Below are positions 29,346 through 38,612 of a stretch of DNA of 64,000 bases, piece by piece; position 1 is the first letter of the stretch; the number at the start of each line of letters is the position of its first letter. Where the stretch lies: the NCBI GenBank assembly GCA_022842935.1, contig JALHOP010000010.1:106144-170143 (forward strand), written 5' to 3'. The notes under the pieces were generated by a model. It searched no databases and was not told where the DNA came from. It saw nothing but the letters and a program-made list of their open reading frames with translations. Origin of the DNA: Myxococcota bacterium (GTDB lineage: Bacteria; Myxococcota; XYA12-FULL-58-9; JALHOP01). The position numbers were made by a program, and so were the translations under genes.

Positions 29346-30296
29346 GTGCAACCGGCGCGGCCGTTCTTTGTGCTCACGGCCAATTGGTGCGCGGTCGCGC
29401 TCGTCTGCGCGGTCGCCTATGTTGTCTGCTATAGCATTCCGCTTGCAGAGATCACGGCGGACCCGGGTCTTGCCCGCTTCCACGTCATCGCTCGAAGCAT
29501 CGCCATGTTGCTGTTGACGCTGTCGACGCTGTCGGCGGTGCTGGCGGTGGTCGGTGTCATCGGCTGCCTAAGAGACCCTACGGTACCAGGGGGCTACGTC
29601 GTCTGGGTTGGGTTCGCCAGCATGGCGCCGTTCTTTGCCTACGTGGCCATTCACATGGTGACCTGGCCGCTCCACCGTCACGCCCTAGAGCGCGTCGCGT
29701 CCCGCGCCGCCAAAGTCATCACCGACATCGAACGATACACCGTCGAGCACGGTGCTCCGCCGGAGCGAATAGACGACACCGCGACCTCGCTCGCCGCCTA
29801 TCCAACGTTTTCCTACACGCGCTTCGCCCGCAGGGACGCCCGCCGCACGTTGTGGTGGTACGACATGGGGCCGCGTTACGGGCGCACAGGCACCTCGACG
29901 TGGCGGTATCCCGACGGCAACATCGCTCACGCGATCCTCGCCATCGAGCTCGACGGTGACGACCGCGTCGCATCCGCTCAGGGAGATCGAACGAGTCTCG
30001 ACATCAACACCGCGGTGTTCGACGACGACCAGTGGCGCGAGAAAACCGGCGCGAGGCAGGCCATGGTCGCCGCGGTCGTGCGCGCAATCGAACACGCGAG
30101 CGCCGCCGATGTGCGCGCGCTGCTCGGGGCGCCAGACGGAGAGCGCCTGCTGGTTGACGCTCCCTGGGAGCTATCGGTCCACACGTGGCCTGGCGGGCTC
30201 GACTTGTTCTTCTACTGGCCGACCAGACACTACCCGCCAGTGCTCGACAAACGGTCCGTGATAGCAGTTGGAGACTGGGCCTATGCACATGACTAA
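29346..30296 (+). CDS. Hypothetical membrane protein (3 N-terminal TM helices plus a soluble domain).
   Basis: ORF with coding-like composition, translationally coupled to its neighbours. I see no recognisable family. Confidence 0.45.
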   Translation: MQPARPFFVLTANWCAVALVCAVAYVVCYSIPLAEITADPGLARFHVIARSIAMLLLTLSTLSAVLAVVGVIGCLRDPTVPGGYVVWVGFASMAPFFAYVAIHMVTWPLHRHALERVASRAAKVITDIERYTVEHGAPPERIDDTATSLAAYPTFSYTRFARRDARRTLWWYDMGPRYGRTGTSTWRYPDGNIAHAILAIELDGDDRVASAQGDRTSLDINTAVFDDDQWREKTGARQAMVAAVVRAIEHASAADVRALLGAPDGERLLVDAPWELSVHTWPGGLDLFFYWPTRHYPPVLDKRSVIAVGDWAYAHD

Positions 30297-31434
30297 GGGC
30301 AAAAAAGTCTACGACGTCATCGTCGCTGGCGTCGGCGCCATGGGGGCTGCCACCTGCTGGCAACTCGCCAAGCGCGGCAAGCGCGTTCTCGGGCTCGAGC
30401 GCTTCGACATCCCGCATGCAATGGGCTCGTCGCACGGGATGAATCGCATCATCAGGCTCGCTTACTTCGAGCATTCCTCATATGTGCCGTTGTTGCGCCG
30501 CGCCTACGAGCTCTGGCGCGAAGCGGAAACGCTCTGGGGCGAGCAGCTGTTGTTCATTACTGGCGGCGTCGACGCCGGGCCGGAAGACGGACGCGTGGTA
30601 CGTGGAGCGCTGGCGTCCTGCCGCGAACACGGCTTGGCGCACGAGGTGGTGAGCGCGGAAGAACTGGCGCGGCGCCACCCGGGCTGGCGCTTGCCGACGT
30701 CGCACGTAGCCGTGTTACAGCCCGATGGCGGCTTCGTCGCTTCGGAGAGGGCCATCAGCGCCCACGCTGCCATGGCAATCGCCGCCGGAGCGGATATCCA
30801 CGGACGTGAGGCGGTCATCGCGTGGGAGCCAACCCCGAGTGGGGTACGCGTTCGCACCGAGCGCGGCACCTACGAAGCCGAGCGCTTGGTGCTCGCGACC
30901 GGGGCATGGATCGGCGACCACGTTCCAGAGCTTGCGGGCAAGGCGGTCCCAGAGCGCCAAGTTCTGGGGTGGTTTCGGCCACTCACCCCGGCGAGCTTCG
31001 CGCTCGGCAACTTCCCGGTGGGAATCATCGACGATGCAAAGCTCGTCTACGTGTTCCCACAATGGGGTGTCCCTGGTTTCAAGCTCGGGGTCTACAACCA
31101 CCTCCGCGAAAGCGGGCATGGTGATGCGTTGTCGCGCGAGCCCAACGCTCGCGACGAGAGCCTGCTGCGCGAAGCGGTGCGCCGCTACTTCCCGGACGCC
31201 GACGGGTCGGTACTCGCACTTCGGGCATGCTTGTTCACCAACGTCGCGGACGAACACTTCGTGGTCGACACCCTCCCCGGCGCACCTCAGGTCGTCGTCG
31301 CATCGCCGTGCTCTGGTCACGGTTTCAAGTTCGCGAGCGTCATGGGCGAAGTGCTGGCAGATCTCGCGGTGGGAGCGTCGCCAGCGTTCGACCTCGAGCT
31401 GTTTCGCCTCGCGCGACTGGGCGCGCGCCGCTGA
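30283..31434 (+). CDS. FAD-dependent sarcosine / N-methyl-L-tryptophan oxidase (MSOX/MTOX family).
   Basis: VYDVIVAGVGAMGAATCWQLAKRG dinucleotide fold; C-terminal GHGFKF covalent-FAD region. Confidence 0.8.
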   Translation: MHMTKGKKVYDVIVAGVGAMGAATCWQLAKRGKRVLGLERFDIPHAMGSSHGMNRIIRLAYFEHSSYVPLLRRAYELWREAETLWGEQLLFITGGVDAGPEDGRVVRGALASCREHGLAHEVVSAEELARRHPGWRLPTSHVAVLQPDGGFVASERAISAHAAMAIAAGADIHGREAVIAWEPTPSGVRVRTERGTYEAERLVLATGAWIGDHVPELAGKAVPERQVLGWFRPLTPASFALGNFPVGIIDDAKLVYVFPQWGVPGFKLGVYNHLRESGHGDALSREPNARDESLLREAVRRYFPDADGSVLALRACLFTNVADEHFVVDTLPGAPQVVVASPCSGHGFKFASVMGEVLADLAVGASPAFDLELFRLARLGARR

Positions 31435-31529
31435 AGACCCGACGAGCACTTCGGCAACGACGATGCCAGGAAACGTGGGCCGCTCGACCTCGCTTGACGC
31501 AGCCCAGCCGATGACGCAGGTCATGTTTC

Positions 31530-32318
31530 GTGGCTCAGCGACTGGTTCACGACACGCGCGGAAGCGGCGGGCACACCGTGTTCATGCTGCACGGCTTCTT
31601 GGGCTCGGGCCGTAACCTTCAGTCCCTCGCCCGTCGCTGGTCGGAGCGCGAGCCCCGTCTGCGACTGGTGCTTCCCGACCTCACCGGGCACGGGATGTCG
31701 CCACCACCCGTCGACCCGCCGAGCATCGCCCAAGTGGCGGGCGACGTGTTTGCTTTGGCGGACGCAGTGAAGTCCGACGAACCGCTCACGATCGTCGGCC
31801 ACTCGTTCGGGGGTCGCACTGCGCTTGCCATGCGCCTCCTCGACCCAGCGCGCATCGGTCACGTCGTGCTCCTCGACATCACTCCCAACGCGCTGCGAGG
31901 CGATGTTGGTGGGCTTGACCGCGTTCTCGAGCACGTGCTCGCGGCTCCAGCACACGTCACATCCCGTGAGGAGCTCCGCAACCTCTTCCTGGGCCGCGGC
32001 GTGAGCGCGAGCCTCACCGACTGGGTGCTCCTGAATCTGACGCAAGACGGCGACCTGCTGCGCTGGCGCTTCGATCGCGACAAACTCAAGGCGTTGCACC
32101 TCGAGGCCTCCGGGCAAGACCTTTGGGGGGCCGTCGAGGCGCCCGGGGTAAAGACCACGCTCATCTATGGCACGCGCTCGAGGTTCGTCAGGCAGGACGA
32201 TGTCGACCGTCTCCACGCGGCCGGGGCGGACATCATCGCCATCGAGAACGCCGGGCATTTCCTGCATGTCGACGCACAACCGGCCCTGCTGGACCACCTG
32301 GTGACGCTCGCGCTATGA
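31530..32318 (+). CDS. Alpha/beta-fold hydrolase.
   Basis: HGFLGSG oxyanion region and GHSFGG nucleophile elbow. Confidence 0.8.
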   Translation: MAQRLVHDTRGSGGHTVFMLHGFLGSGRNLQSLARRWSEREPRLRLVLPDLTGHGMSPPPVDPPSIAQVAGDVFALADAVKSDEPLTIVGHSFGGRTALAMRLLDPARIGHVVLLDITPNALRGDVGGLDRVLEHVLAAPAHVTSREELRNLFLGRGVSASLTDWVLLNLTQDGDLLRWRFDRDKLKALHLEASGQDLWGAVEAPGVKTTLIYGTRSRFVRQDDVDRLHAAGADIIAIENAGHFLHVDAQPALLDHLVTLAL

Positions 32319-32327
32319 GGCGCGCCC

Positions 32328-33836
32328 ATGCGTAATCACCACGTCCGCGTTTACCCATCGAAAGAACATCTCCCGAAGGAAAAGCAGCTGGCCTGGGCCA
32401 TGGCCGAGGTCGCCACCGACCCGGTCGCAATCGACCCGGCGACCAGCGAGATGATCGTCAACCGCGTCATCGACAACGCTTCGGTGGCCATCGCCGCGGC
32501 CAATCGCACCCCAGTCGCGAACGCCCGCTCGCAGGCCCTCACGCATCCAACCCCTGATGGCGCAACTCTCTTCGGCCTTCCCGCGAGCGTGCGCGTTTCG
32601 CCTGAGTGGGCCGCCTGGGCCAACGGCACGGCGGTGCGCGAGCTCGACTTTCACGACACCTTCCTGGCCGCTGACTACTCGCACCCGGGCGACAACCTGC
32701 CGCCAATCCTCGCGGTCGCACAACGCCTCGGCAAGAGCGGCGCGGACGTCATCCGCGGCGCTGCGACCGCCTACGAGCTGCACGTGAACCTCGTGAAGGC
32801 CATCTGTTTGCACAAGCACAAGATCGATCACATCGCGCACCTGGCACCGTCCGCCGCAGCGGGTATCGGTACGATGCTGAACCTATCGACGGACGTCATT
32901 TACCAGGCCATCCAGCAGGCCGTGCACGTGTCATTCTCGACGCGCCAGTCGCGCAAGGGCGAGATCTCCTCATGGAAGGCGCACGCGCCTTCGTGGGCCG
33001 GTAAAATCGCTATCGAGGCGGTCGACCGCGCCATGCGCGGTGAGAAGTCGCCGTCGCCGATCTACGAGGGCGAAGACAGCGTCATCGCCTGGATGCTCGA
33101 CGGTCCCAAAGCAGAGTACAGCGTGCCGCTCCCCGCGAAGGGTGAGGCGAAGCGCGCGATCCTCGAGACCTACACTAAGGAGCACAGCGCCGAGTATCAG
33201 GCGCAAGCGCTCATCGACCTCGCTTTCCGTCTCGGCGAGAAGGTGGGCGACGGCTCGAAGGTCGCGAGCATCGTGCTGCACACCTCGCATCACACACACT
33301 ACGTCATCGGCACTGGTGCCAACGACCCGCAGAAGATGGATCCGAAGGCCTCGCGCGAGACCCTCGATCACAGCATCATGTACATCTTCGCGGTGGCGCT
33401 CCAGGACCGCACCTGGCACCACGTAAAGTCCTACGCGCCCGAGCGCGCCCAGCGCCCCGACACGGTGGCGCTCTGGCACAAGATCTCGACTGTCGAGGAC
33501 GCCGAATGGACGCGTCGCTACCACGCGACCGACCCCAAGGAGAAAGCTTTCGGCGCCAAGGTCGTCGTGACCATGAACGACGGCACCACCATCACGGACG
33601 AGCTCGCGCTCGCAAACGCGAACCCGGCCGGAGCAAAGCCCTTCAAGCGCCCGGACTACATCCGTAAGTTCGAAACGCTCACCGAGGGCGTGCTCGACAA
33701 CGCCGAGATCAAGCGAGTCGTCGAGCTAGCCCAGCGCCTGCCACAGCTCTCGGCGGGCGAGCTGTTGCAGCTGCACCCCGTGTTCCCCTCGGGCAAGCTC
33801 ACGCACGCGACCCGCGACACCCGGGGCATCTTCTGA
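32328..33836 (+). CDS. prpD: 2-methylcitrate dehydratase (MmgE/PrpD family).
   Basis: Full-length MmgE/PrpD, 502 aa. Confidence 0.9.
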   Translation: MRNHHVRVYPSKEHLPKEKQLAWAMAEVATDPVAIDPATSEMIVNRVIDNASVAIAAANRTPVANARSQALTHPTPDGATLFGLPASVRVSPEWAAWANGTAVRELDFHDTFLAADYSHPGDNLPPILAVAQRLGKSGADVIRGAATAYELHVNLVKAICLHKHKIDHIAHLAPSAAAGIGTMLNLSTDVIYQAIQQAVHVSFSTRQSRKGEISSWKAHAPSWAGKIAIEAVDRAMRGEKSPSPIYEGEDSVIAWMLDGPKAEYSVPLPAKGEAKRAILETYTKEHSAEYQAQALIDLAFRLGEKVGDGSKVASIVLHTSHHTHYVIGTGANDPQKMDPKASRETLDHSIMYIFAVALQDRTWHHVKSYAPERAQRPDTVALWHKISTVEDAEWTRRYHATDPKEKAFGAKVVVTMNDGTTITDELALANANPAGAKPFKRPDYIRKFETLTEGVLDNAEIKRVVELAQRLPQLSAGELLQLHPVFPSGKLTHATRDTRGIF

Positions 33837-34744
33837 TGTTGTTCGCGAGCGGCGATCCGAAGTCCAAGCGCGCAGCCTTCCGCGCGAAGCTGCGCGCTCC
33901 GGGGCTCCTTCGCTTTCCTGGCGCCTTCTCGCCGCTGGTCGCGATGATGGTCGAGCGGCTGGGCTTCGAGGGCGTTTACATCAGCGGAGCGGTGCTCTCG
34001 AACGACCTTGGCTATCCCGATGTCGGCCTGACGACGCTCTCCGAGGTCGCGCAGCGTGGCCGCATGATCGCGCGCGTGACGGAACTGCCGGCGATCATCG
34101 ACATGGACACCGGCTTCGGCGAGCCGCTCAACGCCGCGCGCACCGTGCAGGAGCTCGAGGAGCTCGGGCTCGCTGGCGCCCATCTCGAGGACCAGGTCAA
34201 TCCGAAGCGCTGCGGACACCTCGAAGGCAAGGGACTCGTCGAGGTCGACGCCATGGTCAAGAAGATCGTCGCGGCCGCCAAAGCGAAACGCGACCCGAAC
34301 TTCTTGCTCATCGCACGCACCGACGCACGCGCGAGCGAAGGCTTGGACAAGGCCATCGAGCGCGCCAAGGCCTACGTCGACGCTGGCGCCGAGATGATTT
34401 TTCCCGAGGCGATGCAAGACGAACGCGAGTTCGCGGCGATGCGCAAGGCAGTACAGGTGCCGCTCCTCGCCAACATGACCGAGTTCGGCAAATCGAAGCT
34501 CCTCGACGCAAAGCAGCTCGCCGAGCTCGGCTACAATATCGTCATCTATCCCGTGACGACGCTGCGCCTCGCCATGAAGGCAGTGGAAGACGGATTGAAG
34601 CAAATCGCGGCCGACGGCACGCAGGAAGGTCTTCTATCGCGGATGCAGCACCGCAAGGAGCTTTACGACCTCATCCGCTACGACGCTTACACCGCCTTCG
34701 ACGGTCAGGTCGCGGGCTTCCGAGGTAAAGCAACCGAATCCTGA
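33836..34744 (+). CDS. prpB: 2-methylisocitrate lyase.
   Basis: PEP-mutase/ICL fold with the KRCGH catalytic motif. 1-nt overlap with prpD. Confidence 0.9.
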   Translation: MLFASGDPKSKRAAFRAKLRAPGLLRFPGAFSPLVAMMVERLGFEGVYISGAVLSNDLGYPDVGLTTLSEVAQRGRMIARVTELPAIIDMDTGFGEPLNAARTVQELEELGLAGAHLEDQVNPKRCGHLEGKGLVEVDAMVKKIVAAAKAKRDPNFLLIARTDARASEGLDKAIERAKAYVDAGAEMIFPEAMQDEREFAAMRKAVQVPLLANMTEFGKSKLLDAKQLAELGYNIVIYPVTTLRLAMKAVEDGLKQIAADGTQEGLLSRMQHRKELYDLIRYDAYTAFDGQVAGFRGKATES

Positions 34745-34767
34745 GCTCGAGCATCGGGGCCGCAATC

Positions 34768-37626
34768 GTGCTACGAGGCGCCATGCGTTTTGCTCTGTCG
34801 CTTACCTGTTTGACCCTCCTCATTTCCTGCTCGAAGTCGTCGAAGACACCCGCCGCCGACGAGGGCACCGCAAGCAAGGCGGCGCCCGCAGCCCCGGCCG
34901 ACGCGAGCGACGATGTCCCGCGCCTCGAGCTCGCCAAATACGAAGCCGTTGTCGACGACCGGGGCACGCAGCAGGTCACCATCAACGCTGTCCTGCGCGA
35001 TGCCAACGCAGTCTATCTGCGTGGCCGCACCAACGACGCGTGGGGCTCCGAGAACGTGCGCTTCAAGGTCTTGGGCGACGTGTACGGGCTCGTCAACACC
35101 GGCGATGTCAGCGAAGACAACTTCTACGCTCGTTTCCCTGGCAAGAACGCTCCGGCGGAGTTCGACGTCGCGTGGGAGGCCGTGCAGGGCTACGGCGTCG
35201 TCGGCGTCAAAGGCGTCGCCCACGTCGTCGTGCCCAAATCGGTCAAGAGCGTGAAGAGCCTTCGCGACGAGTTCTTCGCGGGACTCGCGGCCTCGTTCCA
35301 AGCCGAGTCCCGGAGCGTCCCTGGCGCGGACTCCTTCTACACCTTCGCCTCCGAGAGAGCCCGATTCACGAGCCGCCCGAGCCAACGCCACAACGACGCC
35401 TTCAGTAGTGATATCGACGAAGCGATGGCGCTCTACACCGGCGCCGCGTCGTTACGTGACGCCATGCAGACCCAGCGCGCCTTGCGCATCCGCCGCGCGG
35501 GCAAGCGAACGGTGCCGGTCGCGCAAGTCGAGCCGCTCGCCCTCCCCGCGCACCCGTGGGAGCGTCTTTCACGCGAGCTTGCTTTGAAGCCGGTCATGGA
35601 GCCGCTCGCCGCCGCCGTGCCCGCAGGCATGCTGTACATGCACGCGAGCAGCGCAAAAGCGTTGCACGCGACCGTCGACACGCTCACAGACCGCTTGCTA
35701 GGAGTCGTACAAGCAAGCGGTATCGACAGCGGAGGTGGCGACGTCGTAAAGCGCTACGCCGACCAGCTAGGCCTCGAGAGCTCACCGGCCATGAGCGTGC
35801 TCGCCGATGCCGCGATCGACGGTATCGCTGTGACCTCAAGCGACCCCTTCTTTCGTGAGGGCACCGACGTCACGGTGGCGTTCCATGTCACGAACGCCGC
35901 CCTGCTCAAGACGGGTCTCGCCAAGAAGCTCGACGACCTCAAGGCGCGATTCAACACCACCAGCTCGACGTATAAGGTCGGTGCACACGAGGTGGCCTTG
36001 ACTGCTTCAGCGGACGGCGCCGTGAACCGTCATCAGGTGGAGCTTGGTGATGTCATCCTCGTCTCGAACAGCCGTGCCGCGCTCGAGCGTTTCGTTGCTG
36101 TGCGCGATCGCGCCGCGCCATCGATCGCGGCGGGCGGCGACTTCGCGTACATGCGCGCGCTCTACCCGTACGATCGTAAGGGCGAAGACGCCTTCGCCTT
36201 CATCGGTGACGCCTTCGTCGCGCACGTGACGAGCCCAGCGTTCAAGATTGCGTCGGCGCGCCGGGTTCAAGCCGCTGCCGACGTGCGTGCCGTGGGCTAC
36301 ACGGCTTTGCTGTACGCTTGGCTCGAGGGCCACCCCCCGGCTTCGACCGACGACCTCATCAGGAGCAAGCTCCTGGTCAAGAGCGACCTCGTCCACGACA
36401 GCGGTGAGCCCATCACCTTCGACCCCACGAACGGCGCGCGCTCGCGGCCCACCACGGGCTTTGCTACGCCAATCATCGAGACCGTCGTCGACAAGGTAAC
36501 GCCAGAAGAGCGCGATGCGTACGCGAGCTTCCGCGGCGAGTACGAGATGGTGTGGAGCAAGTACATCGACCCAGCGGCGCTGCGGGTCACCTCGCGAGGC
36601 AAAGCACTGACCCTCGATGTGCGGATGCTCCCCATCACGAGCCGCGGTGACTACGCCGATATCGAGTCGCTAGCGGGCCCTGCCCGCGTGGCGGCTCCAG
36701 CGGTGCGTGGCGGCGTTGCCTGGACCAGCGCCGTCGGCCCCGACGCATCCCTGCGGCATCAGCTCGAGGGCACCGGCAAAAGCATCATGGGCAATGACTT
36801 CTCGCTCGGTTGGCTCGGAACCTGGGTCACGGCCGGTGCGATGGACCGTGCGGGCCTTTACGACCTTGTGGTCGCGAGCGGGGCGCTGGGCGAGGTCGCG
36901 CGCAACGAGGACGCCGAGCAAGTGGGCTTCGTGCCGCCAGTTTGGCGCACGGCACTGCAACGCGCGCCGCTCTTCGTGGGCGCTGAGGTGAAGAACCCCG
37001 TCGCGCTCGCGGCGCTCCTCACGGGGGCGCGGCGTATGGTCGAACAAGCCGCGCCGGGTCTCGTTGAGTGGACAACCGAAGATGCCATCGACGGACAGCC
37101 GGTCTCGGTGATCCGCGAAGGCGGAGCGACCCCCGCCGACCAGCGCATCGCCATCCGCTACACGACTGCCTACGGCGCCTTCATAGCGAGCCTATCGCGC
37201 GAGACGCTGGTGGCGCAGCTTTCCGCCCTCAAGGATGGCCGGGGTCCAAAAGCCGCGGCGAGCGAGACCAAGCCGGTGCCAAACACAAAGGGGCTCGACG
37301 CAAGCACCCAGTCAGCCGTCGACTACGCTCCAGCGGAGGGCAAGTGGCTCACCAAGATCGTCGCTGGCTTGCTCGAGCAGGCTCAGAAGGCGAATGCTCG
37401 CCGCGACGAGCTCGCCGACCGCGCGGTCGCGCCCTACCTACGCGCCAACCCCGACCCCGAGGAGCGAGCGCGGATCAGCGCGGCGCTTCTAGGCTACTCG
37501 ACGCAGCGCTCGGACGTGTCGGCCATCGCCAGCGTGGCACGCTTGCGTCAGATCGGCGCGCGCCTGTCGGTCGAGGGCGGGGGCGACCACCGCGGCTTGC
37601 ACGCGGCGGTGACCCTGGGCGAGTAG
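34768..37626 (+). CDS. Large secreted lipoprotein (about 950 aa); hypothetical.
   Basis: Signal plus lipobox (LTLLISCSKS). No recognisable catalytic motifs. Confidence 0.5.
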   Translation: MLRGAMRFALSLTCLTLLISCSKSSKTPAADEGTASKAAPAAPADASDDVPRLELAKYEAVVDDRGTQQVTINAVLRDANAVYLRGRTNDAWGSENVRFKVLGDVYGLVNTGDVSEDNFYARFPGKNAPAEFDVAWEAVQGYGVVGVKGVAHVVVPKSVKSVKSLRDEFFAGLAASFQAESRSVPGADSFYTFASERARFTSRPSQRHNDAFSSDIDEAMALYTGAASLRDAMQTQRALRIRRAGKRTVPVAQVEPLALPAHPWERLSRELALKPVMEPLAAAVPAGMLYMHASSAKALHATVDTLTDRLLGVVQASGIDSGGGDVVKRYADQLGLESSPAMSVLADAAIDGIAVTSSDPFFREGTDVTVAFHVTNAALLKTGLAKKLDDLKARFNTTSSTYKVGAHEVALTASADGAVNRHQVELGDVILVSNSRAALERFVAVRDRAAPSIAAGGDFAYMRALYPYDRKGEDAFAFIGDAFVAHVTSPAFKIASARRVQAAADVRAVGYTALLYAWLEGHPPASTDDLIRSKLLVKSDLVHDSGEPITFDPTNGARSRPTTGFATPIIETVVDKVTPEERDAYASFRGEYEMVWSKYIDPAALRVTSRGKALTLDVRMLPITSRGDYADIESLAGPARVAAPAVRGGVAWTSAVGPDASLRHQLEGTGKSIMGNDFSLGWLGTWVTAGAMDRAGLYDLVVASGALGEVARNEDAEQVGFVPPVWRTALQRAPLFVGAEVKNPVALAALLTGARRMVEQAAPGLVEWTTEDAIDGQPVSVIREGGATPADQRIAIRYTTAYGAFIASLSRETLVAQLSALKDGRGPKAAASETKPVPNTKGLDASTQSAVDYAPAEGKWLTKIVAGLLEQAQKANARRDELADRAVAPYLRANPDPEERARISAALLGYSTQRSDVSAIASVARLRQIGARLSVEGGGDHRGLHAAVTLGE

Positions 37627-37648
37627 TCGCGCCTCTTCGAACGGCGGG

Positions 37649-38122
37649 CTACGCCGCCTGACTGTCGTCACTCGGATGGCGACGGCGTACGTTTGCGGCA
37701 TCGACGGGTTTCAGCACTGCCATCGAGATCTCGCGGGGCTTCCCGTCGACCGTCACCGTCACCACGCACGGGACGGTGGCTCGCTCGGGTGTCTTGCGAA
37801 CGTCAGCCTCGAGACCCGCCCGGCGCAACATGCGGACGAACAAGCGAGCTGCTGCGAAAGGGTTCGATCGCATACCCATACGCTTTGCGTTGGGTGACTT
37901 TTTTGTTTCGGAAGCGTTCTCGAGCATGCGCCAGGCAACCAGCGCCGCACTGAAGCGCTCGCCGTCGCTGCGGTGGCCCGCGGCAGTCGTTTCATCGGCG
38001 CCAAAGAGCGCCAGATCGACGCAAGAGTCAGCCCCGAAGCGGACGGGACGGTGGCTAGAAGCTGAGCTTTTTTGAGGGTTTCGCGCCGAAAAAGGCCACA
38101 TGTTGTTGAGCACGAAACGCAT
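37649..38122 (-). CDS. Hypothetical protein. Weak call; the real product may be shorter, starting at an internal Met.
   Basis: Open reading frame only; divergent from apaG. Confidence 0.25.
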   Translation of the reverse strand: MRFVLNNMWPFSARNPQKSSASSHRPVRFGADSCVDLALFGADETTAAGHRSDGERFSAALVAWRMLENASETKKSPNAKRMGMRSNPFAAARLFVRMLRRAGLEADVRKTPERATVPCVVTVTVDGKPREISMAVLKPVDAANVRRRHPSDDSQAA

Positions 38123-38218
38123 AGCACCCTCACGTCGACGTACACGTTGTCCCTCATCATCGGCTGACGGCCTTTGTCAGTTGCTCGCGCGAACGCAAAA
38201 GGGCTAGCTGACGTGATG

Positions 38219-38587
38219 GCGAAAGAAATCCAGGTGGAGGTCGAGTCTTTTTATGTGCCCGAGCGCTCGCAGCCGCAGCGCGGTTACTATTTCTTCGCCT
38301 ACCACATCACCATCACCAACCGCGGCGACGTCGCGGCGCAGTTGCTTACCCGACACTGGGTGATCACTGACGGCAACGGTCAGGTCCAGGAAGTGCGAGG
38401 CGATGGTGTCGTCGGCGAGCAGCCGCACCTCGCTCCCGGCGAGAGCTTCGACTACACGAGCGCCTGTCCGCTGCAGACACCTTTTGGCACCATGGAGGGT
38501 AGCTACAACTTCGTCGCGGACACCGGCGAGGAGTTCGACGCGGCGATTCCCCTCTTCATGTTGGCGATGCCCTCCGCGTTGAACTGA
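38219..38587 (+). CDS. apaG: ApaG (DUF525) protein.
   Basis: YFFAYHITITNRGDVAAQLLTRHWVITDGNGQVQEVRGDGVVGEQPHLAPGESFDYTS is near-identical in pattern to ApaG. The ORF opens at 38174. Confidence 0.85.
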   Translation, partial: AKEIQVEVESFYVPERSQPQRGYYFFAYHITITNRGDVAAQLLTRHWVITDGNGQVQEVRGDGVVGEQPHLAPGESFDYTSACPLQTPFGTMEGSYNFVADTGEEFDAAIPLFMLAMPSALN

Positions 38588-38612
38588 AGCGCGGCCCTCG
38601 ACCGGGTCGAGT

